Both the position numbers and the translations under genes were made by a program. DNA of 64,000 nucleotides from Ranitomeya imitator (taxonomy: Eukaryota), in assembly GCF_032444005.1 (NCBI RefSeq), contig NC_091283.1, positions 664,082,001-664,146,000 of the forward strand. Reading direction: 5' to 3'. The notes under the pieces are model-generated. The model worked only from the letters and a program-made list of their open reading frames with translations, made no database searches and was not told the origin of the DNA. Positions 46,285-58,300 of the stretch are shown piece after piece; within the stretch, counting starts at the first letter, position 1, and the number at the start of each line of letters is the position of its first letter.

Positions 46285-47989
46285 CTAAATAAACAAGTTC
46301 CAAAATAGTTGTGAAGAAAGAAGAAGAAAGAGATAATAAAAAAAAGTTTTGTCATTTAAAACATATTTTTAATATAAAAGTCAGCAAAAAAGCACATTTG
46401 GTATAGCTGTGTTCACATCATCCAAAATTATAAAAAGATTGTGAACTTATCACACTCATAAAGAATGATAAGGGAAAGTCATGATTAAAAATATGTATCA
46501 TCTTTAAATATCGTATTTAAAAACCCTTACATAGGTTGTCCACTACATTGTACTACTCCATTACACTCATTAGTGCAATACAACAATAGGCAATCAGTAA
46601 TACACACTGGACCAATGCTTGTGGTGAGAGGTTGTAGAGTTTTCACAAAAACCCACTTAAATGTAATCTCATTAGTGCCAAACAGATGACTGAATACTTC
46701 ATCACAATTGCATGGTGTGTGGATGATGTGGATGATAATGATATGACCTTGATGTGGCTTGTTCAATTTGCGTGGTGAGAACTAGAGTTGAGCGACCTTG
46801 ACCTTTTTAGAGTCGAGCCGGGTTTCGCGAAACCCGACTATCTCCAAAGTCGGGTCGAGTGAAATCGGCCGATTATGACGTAAAGTCGGGATCGACCGAA
46901 ACACGAAACCCAATGCAAGTCAATGGGGCAGCATAGTCGGCAGTGAGTGGGGGCCAGGAAAACACCTAGAGTGCCCATTTTAATGTCAAAACCATCCATT
47001 CTTCTTAATGAAGCTTGTCAAGCGTAATTTACCTTATAATAATTGGAAGGCATTTGAAATTGGGGGTCATTTGGCTAAAGTTGTGTGGGGTAGGGCTGGT
47101 TCAAGTAATTAGTGGGCCCAGGAAATCTGGACCACGTCACGGCAGTGGAGCAGGGAGAGGTAAGTATTTCAACTTTGCAAGTGCTGTGATCCTGAGCAAG
47201 CAGGGGGGGCCCACTTGTTGGCATTGGCACTGGCACAGGGCCCCTCAAAGTACAGCGGTGTGTTTGCACGGCGGGGGCGCCTCCCACCGGCAGCAACACT
47301 TTTGCGTACTATGAGAGGCCCTGTGCCAGTGACGTCGCCAACTAGTATTCCTCCCCCCACCTGATGAAGGAACCTGCACTTTCATCTGCACCTTCCTCTT
47401 TGTCCCCGTGTAAGGTGGTATGGTATGCGGGAAGAGCAACCTGACTTTCAGCAGGGTCACAATGTTGTTGTGTAGCATGCACGGGGAATGTTGCGTTATG
47501 GGTCAATGTACCAGCAGACTCATCTATCACTGGCTGGGCAATGGGCACGATGAAGTGGAAACACAGATATAGGCCCAAAGAATAAAGTGGGCTAAATGCA
47601 GTTCAAAATTGGTAACACAGGAATAACCAGGGGGTATTGCAGTGGAGGACAACTGGAATGAGAGGCTGACACAGAGAGTAGGGCCAAATCAGTAAGTAGT
47701 CGAAATGCAGTTCAAAATTGGCAACCGTAGTAAACAGGCGGCACAGCTTTGTTCAGTGGAGGAGAACAGCAAGGAGTGGCAGACACCGATAGTAGGCCCC
47801 AACCCAACTAGTAGGCCAAATGCAGTCTAACATTAACAACTACTTAACGAGAGCCTGAAAATGGAATTTCAGGACAGGAAACCAGGAGAACAGCAAGGAG
47901 TGGCAGACACCGATAGTAGGCCCCAAACCAACTAGTACGCCAAATGCAGTTGTTCCATTTAACCACAATTTAATGAGAGCCTGAAGATA

Positions 47990-48946
47990 GAAGCTCAGGA
48001 AAGGCAACCTGGGGAACACCTTGGAGTGTAACACACCATCTCTCTCCACCCCATACCCATTTTGTAGGCCTAATGCAGTGTACTTTTCTACAACTACTAA
48101 ACGAGAGTCGGAAGACCGAAGCAATGGCAAGGAAACCTGGGGAACACCTTGGAGTGTAACACACCATCTCTCTCCACCCCATACCCAATTTGTAGGCCTA
48201 ATGCAGTGTAGTTTCCAAGAACTACTAAACGAGAGCCGGAAGATCGAAGCTCAGGAAAGGCAACCTGGGGAACACCTTGGAGTGTAACACACCCTCTCTC
48301 TACACCCCATACCCAATTTGAAGGCCTAATGCAGTGTAGTTTCCAAGAACTACTAAACGAGAGCCGGAAGATCGAAGCTCAGGAAAGGCAACCTGGGGAA
48401 CACCTTGGAGTGTAACACACCCTCTCACTACACCCCATACCCAATTTGAAGGCCTAATACAGCGTAGTTTCCAACAACTACTAAACGAGAGCCGGAAGAT
48501 CGAAGCTCAGGAAAGGCAACCTGGGGAACACCTTGGAGTGTAACACACCCTCTCTCTACACCCCATACCCAATTTGAAGGCCTAATGCAGCGTAGTTTCC
48601 GACAACTACTAAACGAGAGCATGAAGATCGAAGCTCAGGAAAGGCAACCTGGGGAACACCTTGGAGTGTAACACACCCTCTCTCTACACCCCATACCCAA
48701 TTTGAAGGCCTAATGCAGTGTAGTTTCCAAGAACTACTAAACGAGAGCCGGAAGATCGAAGCTCAGGAAAGGCAACCTGGGGAACACCTTGGAGTGGAAC
48801 ACACCATCTCTCTACACCCCATACCCAATTTGAAGGCCTAATGCAGCGTAGTTTCCAACAACTACTAAACGAGAGCCGGAAGATCGAAGCTCAGGAAAGG
48901 CAACCTGGGGAACACCTTGGAGTGTAACACAACGTCTCTCTACACC
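47990..48946. repeat. 128-bp satellite x 7.5 inside the hAT
   Basis: GAAGCTCAGG recurs at 47990, 48246, 48374, 48502, 48630, 48758 and 48886 (variant unit at 48118); decayed copies extend back to about 47640. Confidence 0.95.
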
Positions 48947-49398
48947 ACGGAAGGGCTGATTCTTAGGAAGGAAGGCTGTTGGAAATAAGCATTGCGCGTC
49001 CGAGGGTGATTATATTCTTATTAGGTATATACTCACCCTCGGACGCGCCCTGCTTCTTTATTTGGAATGAATGTTTATTTGCAATGTGGTGTTGACTTTC
49101 TCTATTATTTTGGTAATTAATGATTTTATTATTTTCATTGTTTTGCATCTTCTCGGCAATAATATAAAGAAGACGCGACAGGACAACACTCGGTGGATGC
49201 CATATGTGTGTTTTCAATTTAAAAAACCTTTCAGTTAACTACTTGCAGGAGAAAGTAATTGTAGCTGGTGGCCATTTTTAGTACTGTACCAGATTTTAGT
49301 TGTGTGTTTGTTTTTAATGTTAAAATGTCTGCATTTGATATCTCACCAGTATTTTCTTTTTTATAAGCAAAATACTTTTTTTTTTATTTTATGATGTT

Positions 49399-51165
49399 GG
49401 TTCAAGGGGTACACGGGCAGCAGTAGACAGGTCAGTGGAGGCCTAGTGGAAGGAGGGACCGCAGACAGGCTTCGAAGCCCTAACATAATAAATTGGGCTG
49501 CCTGTAGGCAATTTAAAATTGGTTCCAGGGGTACACGGGCAGCAGTGACCTGGTCAGTGTAGTAGTAGTTGAAAGAATGGACCGCAGACAGGCATCGAAG
49601 GCCTAAAATAAAAAAATTGGGCTGGCTGTAGGCAATTTTAAATTGGTTCCAGGGGTACACGGGCAGCAGTGGTGTGGTCAGTGGAGGCCTAGTGGAAGGA
49701 GTGACCGCAGACAGGCATCGAAGGCCTAAAATAATAACACATGGCTGTAGGCAATTTTAAATTGGTTCCAGGGGTACACGGGCAGCAGTGCCCTGGTCAG
49801 TGTAGTAGTAGTTGAAAGAATGGACCGCAGACAGGCATCGAAGGCCTAAAATAATAACACATGGCTGTAGGCAATTTTAAATTGGTTCCAGGGGTACACG
49901 GACAGCAGTGGTGTGGTCAGTGGAGGCCTAGTGGAAGGAGTGACGGCAGACAGGCATCGAAGGCCTAAAATAATAACACATGGCTGTAGGCAATTTTAAA
50001 TTGGTTCCAGGGGTACACGGGCAGCAGTGCCCTGGTCAGTGTAGTAGTAGTTGAAAGAATGGACCGCAGACAGGCATCGAAGGCCTAAAATAATAACACA
50101 TGGCTGTAGGCAATTTTAAATTGGTTCCAGGGGTACACGGACAGCAGTGGTGTGGTCAGTGGAGGCCTAGTGGAAGGAGTGACCGCAGACAGGCATCGAA
50201 GGCCTAAAATAATAACACATGGCTGTAGGCAATTTTAAATTGGTTACAGGGGTACACGGGCAGCAGTGGTGTGGTCAGTGGAGGCCTAGTGGAAGGAGTG
50301 ACCGCAGACAGGCATTGAAGGCCTAAAATAATAACACATGGCTGTAGGCAATTTTAAATTGGTTCCAGGGGTACACGGGCAGCAGTGCCCTGGTCAGTGT
50401 AGTAGTAGTTGAAAGAATGGACCGCAGACAGGCATCGAAGGCCTAAAATAATAACACATGGCTATAGACAATTTTAAATTGGTTCCAGGGGTACACGGAC
50501 AGCAGTGGTGTGGTCAGTGGAGGCCTAGTGGAAGGAGTGACGGCAGACAGGCATCGAAGGCCTAAAATAATAACACATGGCTGTAGGCAATTTTAAATTG
50601 GTTCCAGGGGTACACGGACAGCAGTGGTGTGGTCAGTGGAGGCCTAGTGGAAGGAGTGACCGCAGACAGGCATCGAAGGCCTAAAATAATAACACATGGC
50701 TGTAGGCAATTTTAAATTGGTTACAGGGGTACACGGGCAGCAGTGGTGTGGTCAGTGGAGGCCTAGTGGAAGGAGTGACCGCAGACAGGCATCGAAGGCC
50801 TAAAATAATAACACATGGCTGTAGGCAATTTTAAATTGGTTCCAGGGGTACACGGGCAGCAGTGGTGTGGTCAGTGGAGGCCTAGTGGAAGGAGTCACCG
50901 CAGACAGGCATCGAAGGCCTAAAATAATAACACATGGCTGTAGGCAATTTTAAATTGGTTCCAGGGGTACACGGGCAGCAGTGGTGTGGTCAGTGGAGGC
51001 CTAGTGGAAGGAGTGACCGCAGACAGGCATCGAAGGCCTAAAATAATAACACATGGCTGTAGGCAATTTTAAATTGGTTACAGGGGTACACGGGCAGCAG
51101 TGGTGTGGTCAGTGGAGGCCTAGTGGAAGGAGTGACCACAGACAGGCATCGAAGGCCTAACATAA
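49399..51165. repeat. 119/120-bp satellite x 15 inside the hAT
   Basis: GGTT(C/A)CAGGGGTACACGG recurs every 119-120 bp (first two spacings 122 and 124); two unit types. Confidence 0.96.
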
Positions 51166-51386
51166 CAAAAATGTCAATACAATGGTATTGTCAGTGGCAG
51201 GCATTGAAGGATGTCAGCGCATAGACTAAACATTGGTGGAGCTGTGAGATAATTTTGCAAGTGGTAGAGCACTGTTTGAGCTGGGGTGGGGGGAAACTGT
51301 CTTGTGGCCGGTGGTACAGGCCCAGGGCCCCTCATATTACAACGGTGTGTCTGACGTTGGGTGCGCACCACCACCGCCAGAGACAC

Positions 51387-51392
51387 TTTATT
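51387..51392 (-). terminator. Candidate polyadenylation signal of the hAT transposase
   Basis: AATAAA on the minus strand, 239 nt after the stop codon. Confidence 0.5.
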
Positions 51393-51630
51393 GTACTAGG
51401 AGGGACCCAGTGGCAGTGCCGTCGACCAAAAGCGGGCTCACCCACCTCTTCAGACAAACTGCACTCTCACGGGTGCTGTCGCCAAGTGTCGATACCACGG
51501 CCCCGTGTGGGGAGTTTGGCCATTTAGTGAGGTGTAAACATGTCGTATGCTGGACAATCAGGTGCAGAAAATTACGAGATTGGAAAAGGCATTCAGAATA
51601 GTCCACAGGCAAGACCTTTTCATAGGAAAG

Positions 51631-54600
51631 CTAGGTGTCAGCCGGGCAAGGTGGGGCAAAAGATTTCGAAATCCAGTTGTGGTTCATTTTAATGAAGGTT
51701 AGATCATCTACATTTTGGGTAGCCAGACGAGTCCTTTTTTCTGTTAGTATTGAACCTGCAGCACTGAATACTCTTTCTGATAGGACACTAGCTGCCGGGC
51801 AAGCAAGCTCCTGCAATGCATATTCTGCCAATTCTGGCCAGGTGTCTAATTTTGATGCCCAGTAATCAAATGGGAATGACGGTTGAGGGAGAACATCGAT
51901 AAGGGATGAAAAATAGTTTGTAACCATACTGGACAAATGTTGTCTCCTGTCACTTTGAATTGATGCTGCAGTACCTGTCCTGTCTGCGGTCATAGCAAAA
52001 TCACTCCACAACCTGGTCAGAAAACCCCTCTGGCCAACGCCACTTCTGATTTCTGCCCCTCTAACTCCTCTGGTCTGCTGGCCCCTGCAGCTCGTGTGAG
52101 AACGATCACGGGCGCTGTGTGCAGGGAATGCCAGAAGCAAACGGTCAACAAGAGTTGATTGTTTGGTTGCTAATATTAGTTCCAAGTTCTCATGTGGCAT
52201 TATATTTTGCAATTTGCCTTTATAGCGAGGATCAAGGAGGCAGGCCAACCAGTAATCGTCATCATTCATCATTTTAGTTATGCGTGTGTCCCTTTTGAGG
52301 ATACGTAAGGCATAATCCGCCATGTGGGCCAAAGTTCCAGTTCTCAAATCTGCGGTTGTGCTTGGTTGAGGGGCAGTTTCAGGCAAATCCACGTCACTTG
52401 TGTCCCTCAAAAAACCAGAACCCGGCCTTGCCGCGCCACCAATTTCCAGTGGCCCCGGAAAAGCTTCCTCATTAAAAATATAATCATCCCCATCATCCTC
52501 CTCGTCCTCCTCCTCCTCTTCGCCCGCTACCTCGTCCTGTACACTGCCCTGGCCAGACAATGGCTGACTGTCATCAAGGCTTTCCTCTTCCTCAGCTGCA
52601 GACGCCTGATCCTTTATGTGCGTCAAACTTTGCATCAGCAGACGCATTAGGGGGATGCTCATGCTTATTATGGCGTTGTCTGCACTAACCAGCCGTGTGC
52701 ATTCCTCAAAACACTGAAGGACTTGACACATGTCTTGAATCTTCGACCACTGCACACCTGACAACTCCATGTCCGCCATCCTACTGCCTGCCCGTGTATG
52801 TGTATCCTCCCACAAAAACATAACAGCCCGCCTCTGTTCACACAGTCTCTGAAGCATGTGCAGTGTTGAGTTCCACCTTGTTGCAACGTCTATGATTAGG
52901 CGATGCTGGGGAAGGTTCAAAGAACGCTGATAGGTCTGCATACGGCTGGAGTGTACGGGCGAACGGCGGATATGTGAGCAAAGTCCACGCACTTTGAGGA
53001 GCAGGTCGGATAACCCCGGATAACTTTTCAGGAAGCACTGCACCACCAGGTTTAAGGTGTGAGCCAGGCAAGGAATGTGTTTCAGTTGGGAAAGGGAGAT
53101 GGCAGCCATGAAATTCCTTCCGTTATCACTCACTACCTTGCCTGCCTCAAGATCTACAGTGCCCAGCCACGACTGCGTTTCTTTCTGCAAGAACTCGGAC
53201 AGAACTTCCGCGGTGTGTCTGTTGTCGCCCAAACACTTCATAGCCAATACAGCCTGCTGACGTTTGCCAGTAGCTGCCCCATAATGGGAGACCTGGTGTG
53301 CAACAGTGGCAGCTGCGGATGGAGTGGTTGTGCGACTGCGGTCTGTGGACGAGCTCTCGCTTCTGCAGGAGGACGAAGAGGAGGAGGAGGGGGTGCGAAC
53401 GGCTACAGCCAATTGTTTCCTAGACCGTGGGCTAGGCAGAACTGTCCCAAACTTGCTGTCCCCTGTGGACCCTGCATCCACCACATTTAACCAGTGTGCC
53501 GTGATGGACACGTAACGTCCCTGGCCATGCCTACTGGTCCATGCATCTGTTGTCAGGTGCACCTTTGTGCTCACAGATTGCCTGAGTGCATGGACGATGC
53601 GCTCTTTAACATGCTGGTGGAGGGCTGGGATGGCTTTTCTGGAAAAAAAGTGTCGACTGGGTAGCTCGTAGCGTGGTACAGCGTAGTCCATCAGGGCTTT
53701 GAAAGCTTCGCTTTCAACTAACCGGTAGGGCATCATCTCTAACGAGATTAGTCTAGCTATGTGTGCGTTCAAACCCTGTGTACGCGGATGCGAGGCTAAG
53801 TACTTCCTTTTTCTAACCATAGTCTCATGTAGGGTGAGCTGGACTGGAGAGCTGGAGATCGTGGAACTAGCGGGGGTGCCGGTGGACATGGCAGACTGAG
53901 AGACGGTGGGAGATGGTATTGTTGCCACCGGTGCCCTAGATGCAGTGTTTCCTACTACGAAACTGGTGATTCCCTGACCCTGACGGCTTTGGCCTGGCAA
54001 AGAAACCTGCACAGATACTGCAGGTGGTGCGGAAAATGGTGGCCCTACACTGCCGGAAGGGATGTTGCGTTGCTGACTAGCTTCATTGGCCGAGGGTGCT
54101 ACAACCTTAAGGGACGTTTGGTAGTTAGTCCAGGCTTGCAAATGCATGGTGGTTAAATGTCTATGCATGCAACTTGTATTGAGACTTTTCAGATTCTGTC
54201 CTCTGCTTAAGGTAGTTGAACATTTTTGACAGATGACTTTGCGCTGATCAATTGGATGTTGTTTAAAAAAATGCCAGACTGCACTCTTTCTAGCATCGGA
54301 TACCTTTTCAGGCATTGCAGACTGAGCTTTAACCGGATGGCCACGCTGTCCTCCAACAGGTTTTAGCTTTGCCACGCGTTTTGGGCAAGATACGGGCCCG
54401 GCAGATGGAACCTGTTGCGATGTTGATGCCTGCTGCGGCCCCTCCTCCTCCGCTTCAGAACTGCTGCCGCCTGCACCCTGTTCCCCCAATGGCTGCCAAT
54501 CGGGGTCAAGAACTGGGTCATCTATTACCTCTTCTTGTAGCTCGTGTGCAACTTCGTCTGTGTCACCGTGGCGGTCGGTGGTATAGCGTTCGTGATGGGG

Positions 54601-55200
54601 CAACATAGTCTCATCAGGGTCTGATTCTTGATCAGCACCCTGCGATGGCAATGTTGTGGTCTGAGTCAAAGGACCAGGATAGTAGTCTGGCTGTGGCTGT
54701 GCATCAGTGCACTCCATGTCAGATTCAACTTGTAATGGGCATGGACTGTTAACTGCTTCACTTTCTAAGCCAGGGACGGTATGTGTAAAGAGCTCCATGG
54801 AGTAACCCGTTGTGTCGCCTGCTGCATTCTTCTCTGTTGTTGTTTTTGCTGAAGAGGACAAGGAAGCGACTTGTCCCTGACCGTGAACATCCACTAACGA
54901 CGCGCTGCTTTGACATTTACCAGTTTCACGAGAGGAGGCAAAAGAGCTAGAGGCTGAGTCAGCAAGATAAGCCAAAACTTGCTCTTGCTGCTCCGGCTTT
55001 AAAAGCGGTTTTCCTACTCCCAGAAAAGGGAGCGTTCGAGGCCTTGTGTAGCCAGACGACGAACCTGGCTCCACAGCTCCAGACTTAGGTGCAATATTTT
55101 TTTTCCCACGACCAGCTGATGCTCCACCACTACCACTACCCTCATTACCAGCTGACAATGAACGCCCCCGGCCACGACCTCTTCCACCAGACTTCCTCAT
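51631..55200 (-). CDS. hAT (Ac/ZBED-like) transposase with BED zinc finger, 1189 aa, uninterrupted
   Basis: First ATG at 55200 (the track starts at a GTG). Motifs: BED finger SAVWHFF...C..C...H....H, TTDAW, VSDNG, CLAH, TRWNST, and the hATC dimerisation domain with SERVFS. Confidence 0.96.
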   Translation of the reverse strand: MRKSGGRGRGRGRSLSAGNEGSGSGGASAGRGKKNIAPKSGAVEPGSSSGYTRPRTLPFLGVGKPLLKPEQQEQVLAYLADSASSSFASSRETGKCQSSASLVDVHGQGQVASLSSSAKTTTEKNAAGDTTGYSMELFTHTVPGLESEAVNSPCPLQVESDMECTDAQPQPDYYPGPLTQTTTLPSQGADQESDPDETMLPHHERYTTDRHGDTDEVAHELQEEVIDDPVLDPDWQPLGEQGAGGSSSEAEEEGPQQASTSQQVPSAGPVSCPKRVAKLKPVGGQRGHPVKAQSAMPEKVSDARKSAVWHFFKQHPIDQRKVICQKCSTTLSRGQNLKSLNTSCMHRHLTTMHLQAWTNYQTSLKVVAPSANEASQQRNIPSGSVGPPFSAPPAVSVQVSLPGQSRQGQGITSFVVGNTASRAPVATIPSPTVSQSAMSTGTPASSTISSSPVQLTLHETMVRKRKYLASHPRTQGLNAHIARLISLEMMPYRLVESEAFKALMDYAVPRYELPSRHFFSRKAIPALHQHVKERIVHALRQSVSTKVHLTTDAWTSRHGQGRYVSITAHWLNVVDAGSTGDSKFGTVLPSPRSRKQLAVAVRTPSSSSSSSCRSESSSTDRSRTTTPSAAATVAHQVSHYGAATGKRQQAVLAMKCLGDNRHTAEVLSEFLQKETQSWLGTVDLEAGKVVSDNGRNFMAAISLSQLKHIPCLAHTLNLVVQCFLKSYPGLSDLLLKVRGLCSHIRRSPVHSSRMQTYQRSLNLPQHRLIIDVATRWNSTLHMLQRLCEQRRAVMFLWEDTHTRAGSRMADMELSGVQWSKIQDMCQVLQCFEECTRLVSADNAIISMSIPLMRLLMQSLTHIKDQASAAEEEESLDDSQPLSGQGSVQDEVAGEEEEEDEEDDGDDYIFNEEAFPGPLEIGGAARPGSGFLRDTSDVDLPETAPQPSTTADLRTGTLAHMADYALRILKRDTRITKMMNDDDYWLACLLDPRYKGKLQNIMPHENLELILATKQSTLVDRLLLAFPAHSARDRSHTSCRGQQTRGVRGAEIRSGVGQRGFLTRLWSDFAMTADRTGTAASIQSDRRQHLSSMVTNYFSSLIDVLPQPSFPFDYWASKLDTWPELAEYALQELACPAASVLSERVFSAAGSILTEKRTRLATQNVDDLTFIKMNHNWISKSFAPPCPADT

Positions 55201-55399
55201 TGTTTTAAAAACGTTAACAAACGAACGGTATTTGTTGCTGTCACACAACTTACACGGTGAGCTATAACTTCAGTATGATTTAGCTACCCCTTTACAGGTG
55301 GGTGAGCCCACAACGAAAATCAGCCACAATGTTACACACTCTGTTGGTGTTGGCAACAAATGAGATGCCACACACGCAGGACTGTCACTGAAGCGCAAA

Positions 55400-58300
55400 T
55401 GTAAATATTTATCTCCCACTGATTTGTGTTTGTTTTTTTTAAAAGGGAGACTTCAGAAAAAAAAAAATTAAAAAAAAATTATTTTTTACAGAAGAATTTA
55501 TAAAACAAATAAAATGAAATGATTGTTTCAGGGAGAATTTAGGGAAAAAAAAAAAAAAAAAGGCTTTGTAGGGCCCACTGAGTGAGAGAGGACGCACACA
55601 GGAGTCAGGAGTGGCACACAAGCCCAGAGGCCAATATTAATCTCCCACTGATTGATTTAGTGATTTTTTTGGTAGATTTTGGAACCCAAATCAAGCAAAA
55701 AAATTAATAGGCTTTCTATGGCCAACAATTGGGGAGAGAGAGAGAGATGGCACACCCAGGAGTCAAGACTGGCACACAAGCAGAAGGGGCAATATGAATC
55801 TCCCACAGATTTTTTTTTTTTTTTTTTTTTTCAGGGAGACTTGAGAGAAAAAAAAAAAACAAAAAAAATGATTTTTTTCAGGAATAATTTAGAAACCAAA
55901 GAAAATAAAATGATTGTTTCAGGGAGAATTTAGAAAACAAATAAAACAAAAAATAGGCTTTCTAGGGCCCACTGAGTGACAGATGACGCACACAGGAGTC
56001 AGGAGTGGCACACAAGCCCAGAGGCCAATATTAATCTCCCACTGATTGATTTAGTGATTTTTTTCAGGTAGATATTGGAACCCAAATCAAGCAAAAAAAT
56101 TAATAGGCTTTCTATGGCCAACAATTGGGGAGAGAGAGAGAGATGGCACACCCAGGAGTCAAGACTGGCACACAAGCAGAAGGGGCAATATGAATCTCCC
56201 ACAGATTTTTTTTTTTTTTTTTTTCAGGGAGACTTGAGAGAAAAAAAAAATACCAAAAAAATGATTTTTTTCAGGAATAATTTAGAAACCAAAGAAAATA
56301 AAATGATTGTTTCAGGGAGAATTTAGAAAACAAATAAAACAAAAAATAGGCTTTCTAGGGCCCACTGAGTGACAGATGACGCACACAGGAGTCAGGAGTG
56401 GCACACAAGCCCAAAGGCCAATATTAATCTCCCACTGATTGATTTAGTGATTTTTTTTGGTAGATTTTGGAACCCAAATCAAGCAAAAAAATTAATAGGC
56501 TTTCTATGGCCCACAATTGGGGAGAGAGAGAGAGATGGCACACCCAGGAGTCAAGACTGGCACACAAGCAGAAGGGGCAATATGAATCTCCCACAGATTT
56601 TTTTTTTTTTTTTTTTTTCAGGGAGACTTGAGAGAAAAAAAAATACCAAAAAAATGATTTTTTTCAGGAATAATTTAGAAACCAAAGAAAATAAAATGAT
56701 TGTTTCAGGGAGAATTTAGAAAACAAATAAAACAAAAAATAGGCTTTCTAGGGCCCACTGAGTGACAGATGACGCACACAGGAGTCAGGAGTGGCACACA
56801 AGCCCAGAGGCCAATATTAATCTCCCACTGATTGATTTAGTGATTTTTTTTGGTAGATTTTGGAACCCAAATCAAGCAAAAAAATTAATAGGCTTTCTAT
56901 GGCCCACAATTGGGGAGAGAGAGAGAGATGGCACACCCAGGAGTCAAGACTGGCACACAAGCAGAAGGGGCAATATGAATCTCCCACAGATTTTTTTTTT
57001 TTTTTTTTTCAGGGATACTTGAGAGAAAAAAAAATACAAAAAAAATGATTTTTTTCAGGAATAATTTAGAAACCAAAGAAAATAAAATGATTGTTTCAGG
57101 GAGAATTTAGAAAACAAATAAAACAAAAAATAGGCTTTCTAGGGCCCACTGAGTGACAGATGACGCACACAGGAGTCAGGAGTGGCACACAAGCCCAGAG
57201 GCCAATATTAATCTCCCACTGATTGATTTAGTGATTTTTTTCAGGTAGATTTTGGAACCCAAATCAAGCAAAAAAATTAATAGGCTTTCTATGGCCAACA
57301 ATTGGGGAGAGAGAGAGAGATGGCACACCCAGGAGTCAAGACTGGCACACAAGCAGAAGGGGCAATATGAATCTCCCACAGATTTTTTTTTTTTTTTTTT
57401 TTTCAGGGAGACTTGAGAGAAAAAAAAATACCAAAAAAATGATTTTTTTCAGGAATAATTTAGAAACCAAAGAAAATAAAATGATTGTTTCAGGGAGAAT
57501 TTAGAAAACAAATAAAACAAAAAATAGGCTTTCTAGGGCCCACTGAGTGACAGATGACGCACACAGGAGTCAGGAGTGGCACACAAGCCCAGAGGCCAAT
57601 ATTAATCTCCCACTGATTGATTTAGTGATTTTTTTTGGTAGATTTTGGAACCCAAATCAAGCAAAAAAATTAATAGGCTTTCTATGGCCCACAATTGGGG
57701 AGAGAGAGAGAGATGGCACACCCAGGAGTCAAGACTGGCACACAAGCAGAAGGGGCAATATGAATCTCCCACAGATTTTTTTTTTTTTTTTCAGGGATAC
57801 TTGAGAGAAAAAAAAATACAAAAAAAATGATTTTTTTCAGGAATAATTTAGAAACCAAAGAAAATAAAATGATTGTTTCAGGGAGAATTTAGAAAACAAA
57901 TAAAACAAAAAATAGGCTTTCTAGGGCCCACTGAGTGACAGATGACGCACACAGGAGTCAGGAGTGGCACACAAGCCCAGAGGCCAATATTAATCTCCCA
58001 CTGATTGATTTAGTGATTTTTTTCAGGTAGATTTTGGAACCCAAATCAAGCAAAAAAATTAATAGGCTTTCTATGGCCCACTATTTGTGAGAGAGATGGC
58101 ACGCTCAGGACTGGCACACAAGCCCAGAGGCCAATATTAATCTCCCATTTTTTTTTTTCCAGGGAAAATTTATAAACCCAATAAAAAAAATAATAATAAA
58201 TAGGCTTTCTATGGCCCACTATCTGAGAGAGAGAGATGGCACGCTTAGGACTGGCACACAAGCCCAAAGCCCAATATTAATCTCCCACTGATTGATTTAA

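Noticed and set aside
55201-55248. 16-aa N-terminal extension of the transposase in the ORF track
   Set aside because: It starts at GTG; the first ATG at 55200 has a good context (ACAATGA).
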